A DNA stretch of 64,000 nucleotides from an uncultured Chloroflexia bacterium (GCA_963840335.1 CAWIYP010000012.1:218661-282660), one strand, 5' to 3'; shown: positions 42,096 through 52,049, counted from the stretch's first letter. The notes: a model not told the origin generated them from the letters alone. Numbers and translations are program-made.

Positions 42096-42455
42096 ATGCG
42101 CGTACTATGGTTCAACTGGCGCGCCACCGGGCGTGATGAAGACGTTTCGCAGGCAGCCTGCGGCGTGCGGCGAGAGCGCACAGCGGATGAAATCACCCTT
42201 TCGCTGCGGATGATCCCGCTCTATCGGGTGCAGCTTCTGAGCCGCGCTGCCGATGCCCCACTCGCGCGCTGGTGGTCGCCGGATGGTCGCGCGATGCTGG
42301 CGCAGCTTCTCGGCCCTGAGCGAGCGGAGCGCGCCCTGCGTGACATCACCGAGTTGGGGGTCGCCGTCATCGCGGTCTGCCCGCGCGAGCTGGCGGAACA
42401 CTACTATGACGAGCTGACACGGCTCGCCCTGCCCTGCGCCATCCAGCCCGCATGA
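42096..42455 (+). CDS. Hypothetical small protein
   Basis: ATG 42096 lies 8 nt after GGAGGG. Third-position GC is high in the C-terminal two thirds. I recognise no motif. Confidence 0.4.
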   Translation: MRVLWFNWRATGRDEDVSQAACGVRRERTADEITLSLRMIPLYRVQLLSRAADAPLARWWSPDGRAMLAQLLGPERAERALRDITELGVAVIAVCPRELAEHYYDELTRLALPCAIQPA

Positions 42456-42524
42456 GCGCCACACCACGAGCGACGCCCCGCTTCCCCAGGTGAGGAGGCG
42501 GGGCGTCGTTCTGTGTGTGGCGGG

Positions 42525-44093
42525 TCAGGCCAGCGCTGCCTCAACTGGAACCTTCGCGCCAACAGGATTGACATGCCGCGCGCCAGGAACCCGCTGCGCC
42601 AGGCCCATCACGAGCAGCGGCGCCGTCAGCGACGCATCCGCCGCGACGCTCACCCCCTGCGCCAGCGGAGCCGCGCCCAGCGTCACATCGCCGAGCAGCG
42701 CGGGCCGCGCGCCGCCAAGGGCCACAGCGGCCTCGCGCGCCTGGAGCAGCAGACTATCCTCCAGCCCGGCGCCCACGCGGAGCACGCCCAGACTTGCCCG
42801 CGCGCCAAGGATACGCGCCAGACCCGCGAGATCGCCGCTGGCGTCGAGGCTTACGCTCGCCCCCTGCTCACGCGCCGCCAACAATGCCGCGCCGATGGCG
42901 CTGGCGCTCAGGTCGGGCGTGAAGATCGCCACTCCAAACGTCGCCGCCGCCTGCAACAGCCCCTTGCGTGGCGCCACGCTCGGCAGCGCCTCCCCGAGCG
43001 CCTTCCACAGGCCAGCGCCCGTGGTCAGGCGCGATGCGTCCACCTTGCCGAGGAAGTCACGCACGAAGGCCAACGTGGCCGCGCGCCCCTCATCACTGGC
43101 GATCACCCCCGCGTCGTCGGCGTAATGCGCATACCCCAGCGATTCGTAGAGATCGGCGAAGAGGTCGTCGGCGCTCGCCACGATGACATCTACATAGCGG
43201 TGCTCGACCGCATAGACCAACGTCTCGCGCAGTCCAGCGGCGATCACTGGCTTCGCGAGCGTCAGCGCGATGGTCGCATCATCCGCGCGCACCAGCCGCT
43301 CCCACGTCGCCAGCGCCTTGCCCAGTGCTCGGCCATCGCCCGCGCCCGCCATCAGCTTATCGAGCAGCCCACTCACCGACGCGGTGGGATTCACCAGCGG
43401 CGGCTCTGTGGCGGTCAGCGTGCGCCCCTGCTCCAGCGTCACCGTCTCGCCCGCATGGCCCAGCGGCACGGCAGTGGCGCCGCCACGCGCGCACGGCTCG
43501 CATTCGCTCTCCCCAGCGGCTCCATCTGAGCCGAGATCGGGCGTGACGCCATACTGCGGCCAGAGCATCCGCCCCTCGCCCACGCGCTGCGCCAAAGCCG
43601 CCTCGCGTTCGCTGGCCAGCGGCGCGGGATGATCAGGCAGGGCTGGTTCTTTGCTCACGATGCCAGCGGCCAGGCGCGCATCAGCGGCGGCGATCAACTC
43701 ATCGGTCGCGCCATTCGCGCCGTGGTGCGGCCCCTTGAAGGAGAGGCCGCGCTGCACCAGCATGCGATCCATCTCCTGGACATCGAACGCCTCTTTGATG
43801 TAGGCGATGGCCTTCTCGTGATCGAAGTTCTTGCACGAGAAGATGTCCATGGTGAAGTAGTCGAGTTCGGGGAAGGTGTGGATGGCGATGTGGCTCTCGG
43901 CGATCACGACAAGGCCAGAAACGCCGGAATACGCGGGGTCGGGGGCCTGATACTCGAACATGTATGGGCCGCCGATTTTGGTCATGCCAATCGCGGAGGG
44001 GTAATCGTTCAGGACTTGCTCGACGAGGATGCGGTCAGCGAGCTTGCGGGTATCGCAACGCGAACCATCAATGATGAGGTGTGGACCGAACAC
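42525..44093 (-). CDS. Fusion protein: pyruvoyl-type S-adenosylmethionine decarboxylase (SpeH-like) plus deoxyhypusine-synthase-like domain
   Basis: A GTG start lies 7 nt after AAGGAG. The N-terminal ~120 aa carry the self-processing motif VIAESHIAIHTFPE. A linker of ~90 aa follows. The C-terminal ~300 aa resemble the DHS family (GRALGKALATWERLV...TIALTLAKPVIAAGLRETLVYAVEHRYVDVIVASADDLFADL). It is a single 522-aa ORF. Confidence 0.8.
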   Translation of the reverse strand: MFGPHLIIDGSRCDTRKLADRILVEQVLNDYPSAIGMTKIGGPYMFEYQAPDPAYSGVSGLVVIAESHIAIHTFPELDYFTMDIFSCKNFDHEKAIAYIKEAFDVQEMDRMLVQRGLSFKGPHHGANGATDELIAAADARLAAGIVSKEPALPDHPAPLASEREAALAQRVGEGRMLWPQYGVTPDLGSDGAAGESECEPCARGGATAVPLGHAGETVTLEQGRTLTATEPPLVNPTASVSGLLDKLMAGAGDGRALGKALATWERLVRADDATIALTLAKPVIAAGLRETLVYAVEHRYVDVIVASADDLFADLYESLGYAHYADDAGVIASDEGRAATLAFVRDFLGKVDASRLTTGAGLWKALGEALPSVAPRKGLLQAAATFGVAIFTPDLSASAIGAALLAAREQGASVSLDASGDLAGLARILGARASLGVLRVGAGLEDSLLLQAREAAVALGGARPALLGDVTLGAAPLAQGVSVAADASLTAPLLVMGLAQRVPGARHVNPVGAKVPVEAALA

Positions 44094-44363
44094 GTGTGTC
44101 TCCTTGCTATGCGGACAACGCCGCTAGCTCTCGCCGGTGTGAAAACAGGCGATATACCAGTTGAGATAGTTGTAGATAGCCAGAGATGGCCTTACTGGTA
44201 CACATACCAGCCCTTTCCTTTCGCCGAACTCCCTACCCAATCGGATCTCTATGCCATTGCGGCAGCCGCGCACGGCCAGGTTCTCTGGCGCGCGAGGAGG
44301 CGGTTCAGCGTATCGCATTACTTCGCGTATACGGGTGGGGGGTATACCGCCCGCAGCGTAGGC

Positions 44364-44392
44364 ACTATACGTTGCGGGAGGAGCAACGTCAA
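44364..44392 (-). promoter_or_regulatory. Sigma70-like promoter upstream of the speH-DHS fusion
   Basis: On the minus strand: TTGACG (44392-44387), 17-nt spacer, TATAGT (44369-44364). This implies a leader of ~260 nt. Confidence 0.45.
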
Positions 44393-44411
44393 GCCACGCC
44401 GCAGTCACGAC

Positions 44412-45418
44412 CTAGCGCTGGGCGGGATGCTCCAACTGCTCCAGGAAGGAAGCGAGGTCGTAAGGTAGCGGCTTATCGAAGACTATCCACTCACCTGTCA
44501 TGGGATGGCGAAATTCCAGATGCCCGGCGTGAAGGAACTGGCGTGGCGGCATCGGCTCCTGAGGTCGCCCATACACGGAATCACCGACGACTGGATGACG
44601 CAACGCGGCGAGATGCACACGAATCTGGTGTGTCCGCCCCGTCTCCAGTTCTACCTCCAGCAGCGTTCGCCCGGGATAGATAGCGCAGGGTTCGATAGTG
44701 GGTGCGCGGCCGCACGCCCACCATGCGCCTCGCTGACCAGCGCCATGCGCAGGCGGGTGCGCGGGTCGCGGCCAATCGGCGCGTCAATTGTGCCGCTGGG
44801 CAGGCTCGATGCGGCCCTCCACCAGCACGATGTAGCGCTTGACCATCGCACGCTCACGCATCTGGTCGGCCAGCGCCGTATGCGTCGCGGCGTCCTTCGC
44901 GATGACGAGCAGCCCCGAGGTATCCTTATCGAGCCGATGGACGATGCCCTGGCCGCTGCGGATTCTCGCTGTCCTCCAGGCCAGGCGCGTGGGCCAGCAG
45001 CGCATTGACCAGCGTGCCAGTCGCATGCCCCGGCGCCGGATGCGTCACCAGTCCGGCGGGCTTGTCGATGACGAGGAGATGGCGTCCTCGTAGATGACGA
45101 TGCGAGGGGAATATCCTCTGGCTGCGGCGCGGCGCCAGCCGCCAGCGCCGCGGCCTGGCCCAGCGTCGGCGCGAGCGCGAGCCGCTGGTCAACTTCCAGA
45201 ATGGCGCTGGGCTTGGCTGGCTTGCCGTCCACCGTCACCTCACCCGCCTTGATGGCCGCCTGCGCCCTGGTGCGCGAGAGGTCGGGGCGCAGGCCTGCCA
45301 GCGCACGGTCGAGGCGCTGCCCCGCCACCTCCTCCGCGACGACGAGATCCTCCCACGCGGCGTGGTCGGCGTCGCCAGATGAGGTGGTGGGTGAAACGGC
45401 GCGCTTGTTCTGGCCCAT
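44412..45418 (-). pseudogene. rluD: 23S rRNA pseudouridine synthase RluD-type, about six frame disruptions as sequenced
   Basis: All conserved blocks are present but spread over three frames: the S4 domain (GQRLDRALA...[11 protein letters not shown]), [107 protein letters not shown]. The span of 1007 nt equals 3n+2. Confidence 0.85.
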
Positions 45419-45500
45419 GTCGGCTCTATCGCTCTTTCATTTACTCACGCCGGTCGCGGGTCTGCGTCCAAGGACACAGCCAGGCAGCGCGAGTGCGCGC

Positions 45501-46070
45501 TTACTTGCGCTCGCCGACACTCTGGCCGCCCTTGGACGGCACAGTCGCGCTCTCCGCTCCACCATTCGTGGCCGTATTGGCGCTCATTCCATAGAGGAAA
45601 ATGGCGATGACGATGACCCCTACCGTAATGGCGCTATCCGCGACATTGAAGACCGCGAAATTGAAGACGCCAGGAATCTGGAAGTGGATGAAATCAACGA
45701 CGAAGGAGCGTGTGAAGCGGTCGAACAAGTTCCCGATAGCGCCGCCCAGCACCAGCGCGAATCCCAGCCGCAACCAGAGTGACGCGCTCTCGCGGAATCG
45801 CCAGTAGAGGTAGCAGATCAGGGCGAACGCCACCGCGATCAGGACAAACTTGATGTTCTGCCCCTCGAAGAGGCTGAAGGCGACGCCCGTATTCTGCACA
45901 TAGTAGAGCGTCAGCACATCGCCAAAGACGGGGATGGGTGGGCGCAGGCCCGTAACGCCAAAGTACTGGACAATCCACATCTTCGTCAATTGATCGACGA
46001 TCAGAACCGCTAGTCCAACCATCAACGCGAGTAAATCATGGTATCGGGACGCCGACATGCTACCTCTCAT
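45501..46070 (-). CDS. lspA: Lipoprotein signal peptidase II
   Basis: 189-aa ORF. It contains VDQLTKMW, NTGVAFS, GGAIGNLFDR and FNVADSAITVG, with four TM helices. Confidence 0.85.
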   Translation of the reverse strand: MRGSMSASRYHDLLALMVGLAVLIVDQLTKMWIVQYFGVTGLRPPIPVFGDVLTLYYVQNTGVAFSLFEGQNIKFVLIAVAFALICYLYWRFRESASLWLRLGFALVLGGAIGNLFDRFTRSFVVDFIHFQIPGVFNFAVFNVADSAITVGVIVIAIFLYGMSANTATNGGAESATVPSKGGQSVGERK

Positions 46071-46124
46071 CGGCCCCGGTCAGGGCCACATCTCCGACGA
46101 AACGGTGTTTCACTGCGCAAACAG

Positions 46125-46514
46125 CTACGCGCCGCTTTCAACTAGCGTCTGACACGCTATGCAGAGTGTCGCATAGGGCAGCGCGTTGAGACGGCGCGGA
46201 TCGATCTCTTTGCCGCAGCGCTCACAGATACCGTATTGACCAGCATCCAATCGTTCGAGGGCAAGGTTGATCTGCGTCTGGAGCGCGCGATCATTGTCCA
46301 GCATCGCTTGATTCCGGTCAAACTCCGTGAGAGCGGCGCCTTCATCGGCTTGCTCGCTGGTGACTCCTGTGCCGTCGAGACCTTCGCTGGGACTTATGGC
46401 CTGCACACCTTCGGTGCGCGCGTAGATGTCGCGCTCGACCTGCGCCAGGTCGGCCATCAGTCGCTGCCGAACCGCCGCCTCATCATAGTTCGCCATGCGC
46501 CGTCCTCCTGCCAT
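46125..46514 (-). CDS. DksA/TraR-family C4 zinc-finger protein
   Basis: It contains YGICERCGKEIDPRRLNALPYATLCIACQ. The start may be the internal Met (MANYDE). Confidence 0.8.
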   Translation of the reverse strand: MAGGRRMANYDEAAVRQRLMADLAQVERDIYARTEGVQAISPSEGLDGTGVTSEQADEGAALTEFDRNQAMLDNDRALQTQINLALERLDAGQYGICERCGKEIDPRRLNALPYATLCIACQTLVESGA

Positions 46515-46725
46515 CGAACATCAACCCATGAGGTCTGCTCGCGTCTCGAATCGTACCACATCGTACGATCTTGCCTCAGTTCGCTCGGCTGACTCTCCCG
46601 AATTTGGCGCCAATTTTTCGCCTACCCGTAACATCATGCTCACAAATGCAACTAACAGGATGACAGACACGCTACGCGGGTTTGCGTCGCGTTCTTAATT
46701 TCACTTCCTTGGAGGGAACAAACAC

Positions 46726-47688
46726 ATGCTTGCTAAGCTCACGACCGTTCTCAAGAGCAAGGTGGCCCTGGCGGCCCTGGGCGCCATCGTCGTAGGTGGC
46801 GGCGGCGGCGCGGTCGCCGTCGCGGCGAATACAGGCCACCTCCAGACGCTCGGCATCAACCTCAATGTTGGTCTCGGATTCTAAGTCGCCCGATGCGTCC
46901 GAGACTCCTGATTCCCACGCACATCCAGTGTCGGTCGAGGGCTTGCTGGCAGCTTGCGACACAAGCGCTACCCCGAACACCCTCTCTGTGACCGACAAGG
47001 CGGGCAAGAGCTGGACGTTCGTCATCACCTCGACAACGACGCTTCAATGGCGACAGAGCAGCGCGCATTCCGACGCCAGTTCCAACGGTGGCGCATCCAC
47101 GGGCGACAACAGCGCCAACGCTGGCGGCGCGAGCACCGGCGCGACACTGGCGCGAACAGCGGTGGCGCGAGCACCGGCGACACGACCGGTGGCGCGAGCA
47201 CCAGCGCAGCAGCGCGCACGCCGCCCACGCTGGCCGATGTCTGCGCGACGGCGAACATCGGCGCCCGCATCGTCGAGGTGCAAGCCACACCTGACGGCGC
47301 CAACTACGATGCCTGGAAGGTGACGCTCCAGGGCGCGCCGGAGAACAGCCAGAACAGCGGCGCAGCAGGGCGGCGACACTAGCAGCAACAGCGGCGATTC
47401 GTCGAGCCACTGCAGGGGTCTGACAGCAGCAAAGGCTCCAACGAGCAGAATCAGGTCAACGGAACAGTGACGTCGGTCAGCGCGAACAGCTTCACGCTGC
47501 AGACGGCGAACGGCTCACATCACCGTCAACGTCGACGCCACGACCCACTTCTCGGCGTTGCCGGCCTGGCCACGCTCCAGACCAACAGCCAGGTCTCCGT
47601 GCAGGGCACGGTCTCTGGCACGACCATCACCGCTACCAGCGTCGAGGTGCGCGACTCGTCGTCCACCCCGAACCCAACCGACCACTAG
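46726..47688 (+). pseudogene. Secreted/membrane-anchored repeat protein (DUF5666-like beta segments), about six frame disruptions as sequenced
   Basis: ATG 46726 follows GGAGGG and is followed by a signal/TM segment (VALAALGAIVVGGGGGAVAVAA). Sensible sequence then alternates between frames: SDSKSPD...LSVTDKAGKSWTFVITSTTTL, GGASTGDTTGGASTS...ARIVEVQATPDGANYDAWKVTLQG, VNGTVTSVSANSFTLQTANGS, ITVNVDATTHFSALPG, LATLQTNSQVSVQGTVSGTTITATSVEV. Confidence 0.6.
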
Positions 47689-47817
47689 CGAATCACACAC
47701 CAGGCGTGCGGAGATACTGGGACTGACCTCCCATGTCTCCGCGCGTTCGGGCCAATGGTCATCGTTTTTCCCGCATGAGGACGGTGATACCAACCAAGCG
47801 GAGAGGCCTTAGCGCGC

Positions 47818-48542
47818 ATGAGTCGAGCGCGAGGAGAGCGGAGCGCGGATAACGCTACGGCGGGACATCCCCCGCAGCGCACGCGGAACGCTAGCGCGCA
47901 AACGGGACTGACCTGGCCGCCTGCGCTGCCATTCGAGCAGACGCTCCGGCAGGCGCAAGCCGCCGACCAGCAGGCGATGGGAATGCTTGTATAAGCGATT
48001 TCTGCCTGTGGTCTATCGTTACGCCCTCGCGCATGTCGGCGATGTCCACACGGCGGAAGATGTGACGTCCGAGACGTTCTTCACCATCGTCGAGCGTATC
48101 GGTGAGACTCGCGCTCGCGATGAGTTGAGGATTCGTCGCCTGGGCGCTAGGGATCGCGCGGAACAAGGTCGCGATGCACTTCCGCCGACAACGCACCCGC
48201 CCTGACGCACAGTTACTCTCTGATCAGTTCGACTTCATCGGCCACCAGCCACACGAGCGCGACCCACTCGATGTCATTACGGCGCGCGAGAGTTGGGGAG
48301 AGGTTGTCGCGGCGCTCGACCGCTTAACCGAGGAGCAGCGCGCCGTAATTCTCTATCGCAGCGTGCTGGGCTATAGCGCAGAGGATGTAGGTCAATTGCT
48401 TGGGAAACAGCCAGGCGCCGTACGGGCGCTGCAATTCCGGGCGCTGGCCTCGCTCGCGCGCTTCCTGGAGGGTGCTGGCTCCGATGTTTTGCCGCCGACC
48501 GAAGGCGCTTCACGAACGTCGCAACGTGGAGGGGAGGAGTGA
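47818..48542 (+). pseudogene. ECF-type sigma factor, two frame disruptions as sequenced
   Basis: Region 2 (YKRFLPVVYRYALAHVGDVHTAEDVTSETF), FVAWALGIARNKVAMHFRRQR and region 4 (LTEEQRAVILYRSVLGYSAEDVGQLLGKQPGAVRALQFRA) sit in three successive frames. The switches are near 47988 and 48131. Confidence 0.75.
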
Positions 48543-48544
48543 GC

Positions 48545-49717
48545 ATGCGCCCAGAAGATGAGCTTGATGCGCTCCTGAGTGATTCCACCCAGGCCCAGCG
48601 CGCCAGCAGCGAGTTACCGCCCACTGCTCAGCGCCGCCGCGCGCCTCTCGCCACTGCGTGACGCCTCACCCGACCGCGCCTTCGCCGATGATCTGGAAGC
48701 GCGACTGATGGCGCACATGGAACAGCGCGCCATGACGCCTGCCCATCCGCGCCATTCCGACCCGCGCCACCCACGCGCCGCCTGCTGCGCATCCCGCCGC
48801 GCACCGCCTGGGCCGCCATCGCCGCCGCGCTGATCCTGACCATCGGCCTGGGAGCGCTGACGGCGAAGGCTTCGCCAGGCGCCCCGCTCTACGTCGTGCG
48901 CCAGTTCGCGCAGACACTCGCCGCCCAGGCGCTCGCGACGCCCACCACCGACCCCAATGTCGCGCTCTCGCGGGCACAGGCCGACCTCGCCGCATTCAAG
49001 ACGGCCAGCGCGAACGAGAATGAGGTCGGCGCCGTCGCCGCGCTCACCAGGCTGCGCGCCGACGACGCGCTTGCGGCGCGGCAGGCAGCGGCCATCAGCG
49101 ATACAGCTACTCGCCAGAGCATCCAGGCCACCATCAGCGCCTTCCGAGCGAGCGCCCAGCCTGACCTGCGGGCATCGCTCTCTTGGCTTGGCTGGCAGTC
49201 ACGCGCGAAGGTGACCGACATCCTGCGTGGCTGGGGATATACATCTCTCATGGTCTCAGAGATTGATATCCAGTCTGACGGCGCTCCTGGTGCCGGTGGC
49301 AGCCAGAAGTCTGGCGCCAACGCCACGACGCTCATCGTCGCGCATGGACAGGGCTTCACCTCCGGAACGCAACTGCTGCTGAATGGGGCGCCCATCGGCG
49401 TGCGGATTTCGCTGACCGCTACCCAGTTCGTCGTGCGCGTTCCCACAAGCGCGCTCAACCAGCAAGCGTCACACAATCTGGCGTTGGCGGTCGCGAATCC
49501 TGATGGGACTGTGGCTCTGGCGCGCGAGACCCAGCGCGAGGATCATGGCTCATCGGGCGCATCGGCGACCCCTGGCTCAGGTGATCAGGGCGGCGATCAT
49601 GGCGGTTCCAGCGACTCTTCGGGCGGCTCCCCAGAGGCGACTGTGACTGCCAGCCCAGAGGCGACCTCCAGCCCCAATAAATCAGGCGCCGAAGCGACCA
49701 CAACACCCAGCCACTAA
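48545..49717 (+). pseudogene. Putative membrane anti-sigma factor with a large extracytoplasmic domain, two compensating frame disruptions as sequenced
   Basis: ATG 48545 lies 2 nt after the sigma stop and follows GGAGGGGAGGAG. Frames run 2, 0, 2, with switches near 48621 (CCC run) and 48740-48790. The TM segment is AWAAIAAALILTIGLGAL. The call rests on position and architecture. Confidence 0.55.
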
Positions 49718-49720
49718 CGC

Positions 49721-50287
49721 TCACCGAGTGGGCGAATCAGCCGAGGGCCGTGGAGCGGTAGGGCTGGCGGGCGTCTTTCGGGCCTGCGCCTGAATCTCCG
49801 CGCGCACGGTGGTGTATTTCGTGAGGCGCTCCTCCAGCGTCTGGCGCATGCGCTCCATGCCCGCGAGTTTCTCTTCGAGCAGGGCAAGCTGGCGATTGGT
49901 GACCTGCTCGGCGGCGTCGAGCGCGCGGAGACGGCGCGCCGGATCGGCGTCCTGCCGCCACTGCGCCTTGATACGCTCACGCTCCATCTCCGCCGCCACC
50001 ATCTCACGAATCTCTTTGAGCTCCAGCCCCAGCAGATCGCGCATCGCGATGATCTGCTCCAGCACATGAATGTCAGCCTCGCTATAGAGCCGATAGTTGC
50101 CTTCAGAACGCTGCGCGGGCGCGAGCAGACCTAGCTCTTCGTAGTAGCGCAGGGTGCGCTTGGTGAGGCCAGTGCGGCGCGCCACTTCGTCGATCCGCAG
50201 GAAGCGCTCACCCGCGTGATCGCTGGTGGTATCGTCGCTGGCGCTGGCCGAAGCTCCGCCCCGGTTCGCGTCTATGTCGTTGGTCAT
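49721..50287 (-). CDS. MerR-family transcriptional regulator
   Basis: HTH LRIDEVARRTGLTKRTLRYYEELGLLAP is followed by a long coiled-coil C-terminus. Confidence 0.85.
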   Translation of the reverse strand: MTNDIDANRGGASASASDDTTSDHAGERFLRIDEVARRTGLTKRTLRYYEELGLLAPAQRSEGNYRLYSEADIHVLEQIIAMRDLLGLELKEIREMVAAEMERERIKAQWRQDADPARRLRALDAAEQVTNRQLALLEEKLAGMERMRQTLEERLTKYTTVRAEIQAQARKTPASPTAPRPSADSPTR

Positions 50288-50534
50288 CGAGGCTCACTCT
50301 ATTCTTTAGCACGCTAGCGCGTGATACAGCGGATATTCAAAGCTCCCTGCCCATAGTATACGGGCCACTCAAATAGCATGTTGTGGCGCGTGAATCAGCG
50401 CTTCGCCCATCCTGGGTACAGGGTAGCGAGGAGCCATGCCCGATGTGGTACCATCTTAACGTTGAGGCAGGGGCGTTTCACCCCAGTGTGGCCAGTCCGT
50501 CTGAATGACCTGTGTTCCCGAAAGAAGGTAGCGC

Positions 50535-52049
50535 ATGCAGGGCGACGCCGACGACCAGCGGCCCAGCGCCAACAGCGCTGGGTGGGCGTTGACTGACGCA
50601 GTAACCGATGATGACCCCCTTGATCGTCCGCATGAAGCATGCGGCGTATTCGGTATTTACGCCCCCGACATGGATGTCGCCCGTGTCACGTTCTTCGGCC
50701 TCTACGCTCTGCAACATCGGGGGCAAGAGAGCGCGGGTATTGTCACGACGGATGGCGACTCGAACCTGCACGAGCATCGCCAGATTGGCCTCGTTTCGCA
50801 GGTCTTCACGGAAGACAGCTTGCGCCACCTGCCTGGTTTCGCCGCGATCGGGCATACGCGCTACTCGACGACTGGCTCTAACCGCCAGGAAAACGTGCAG
50901 CCCGTGATCACAAACGGAACACTCGGCGCTGTCGCCATCGCGCACAACGGCAACCTCACCAACACACTGACCCTCCGCGCACGCCTACTCGATGACGGCG
51001 AGACGCTCGCCACGACCAGTGATACTGAGATCATCGCGCGGATGCTCGCCAACGCCCCCGGCACGACCTACGCCGAGAAGCTGCGCCGTGTCATGCCATC
51101 ACTCCAGGGGTCGTACAGCCTGACGATTCTCACGCCCACCGAGCTGATCGCCGTGCGCGACCCCTTCGGCGTGCGCCCGCTCTGCCTTGGCCAGCTCAAT
51201 GGCCATTGGGTCGTCGCGTCGGAGACCTGCGCGCTCGACACCATCGGCGCCACATTCACGCGCGAGGTCGAGCCAGGCGAGATCATCATCATCAACGGCG
51301 ATGGCGAGGAGGGCCTGCACTCCAGCCAGGGGCAAACGTCCGTGAAGCGCGCGACATGCCTCTTCGAGTACATCTATTTCGCGCGCCCCGACAGCGTCAT
51401 CATGGATCGCTCGCTCTATCCTGCACGACAGCGGATGGGCGTACAGCTTGCCGAAGAGTATCCTGTGAAGGCTGATATCGTCATCGGCGTGCCTGATTCC
51501 GCAACGCCTGCCGCCGCCGGATACGCCACCGCGCGCGGCATCCCCTACGCCGAGGGCCTCATCAAGAATCGCTACATCGGGCGCACGTTCATCCAACCCG
51601 ACCAACAGATGCGCGCCCTCGGTGTGAAGATGAAGTTCAACGCCCTCAGCGCCATCCTCAAGGGCAAGCGTGTCGTGATGATCGATGATAGCATCGTGCG
51701 CGGCACCACCTCACGCCCGCTCGTGCAGTTGCTGCGCGACGCGGGCGCGACCGAGGTGCATCTCGGCATTAGCTCGCCGCCATTCAAGTGGCCCTGCTAT
51801 CTTGGGCTGGATGTCGCCCGCCGCGAGGAGCTAATCGCCGCGCGCTACGACGAGATCGAAGACATTCGCCGCGAGATTGGCGCTGACAGCATTCACTATC
51901 TAAGCCTGGAGGGTCTGGTCAAAGCGATTGACCTGCCCGGTGACTCGTTCTGTGTCGGCTGCTTTACGGGGAACTACCCGATGCCGGTGCAGATGGATCT
52001 TGCGGACAAGCTGGCGCTGGAACCACCGACTGCGGAAATCAGCCGCTAG
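50535..52049 (+). CDS. purF: Amidophosphoribosyltransferase
   Basis: It has the N-terminal nucleophile motif CGVFGIY after a propeptide, the PRPP loop VVMIDDSIVRGTT, and C-terminal Cys residues. The start codon is uncertain. Confidence 0.9.
   Translation: MQGDADDQRPSANSAGWALTDAVTDDDPLDRPHEACGVFGIYAPDMDVARVTFFGLYALQHRGQESAGIVTTDGDSNLHEHRQIGLVSQVFTEDSLRHLPGFAAIGHTRYSTTGSNRQENVQPVITNGTLGAVAIAHNGNLTNTLTLRARLLDDGETLATTSDTEIIARMLANAPGTTYAEKLRRVMPSLQGSYSLTILTPTELIAVRDPFGVRPLCLGQLNGHWVVASETCALDTIGATFTREVEPGEIIIINGDGEEGLHSSQGQTSVKRATCLFEYIYFARPDSVIMDRSLYPARQRMGVQLAEEYPVKADIVIGVPDSATPAAAGYATARGIPYAEGLIKNRYIGRTFIQPDQQMRALGVKMKFNALSAILKGKRVVMIDDSIVRGTTSRPLVQLLRDAGATEVHLGISSPPFKWPCYLGLDVARREELIAARYDEIEDIRREIGADSIHYLSLEGLVKAIDLPGDSFCVGCFTGNYPMPVQMDLADKLALEPPTAEISR

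Noticed and set aside
44124-44408. 94-aa minus-strand ORF between rluD and the speH-DHS fusion
   Set aside because: It would contain the near-consensus promoter inside its own coding region. It has no SD, lies in AT-richer sequence and has no recognisable motif. I interpret it as leader RNA.
32221-49717. Programmed ribosomal frameshifting or transcriptional slippage as the explanation for the split genes
   Set aside because: The shift sites share no slippery heptamer or stimulatory structure. They go in both directions and occur up to six times in one housekeeping gene (rluD). Known programmed events are single, conserved and site-specific.
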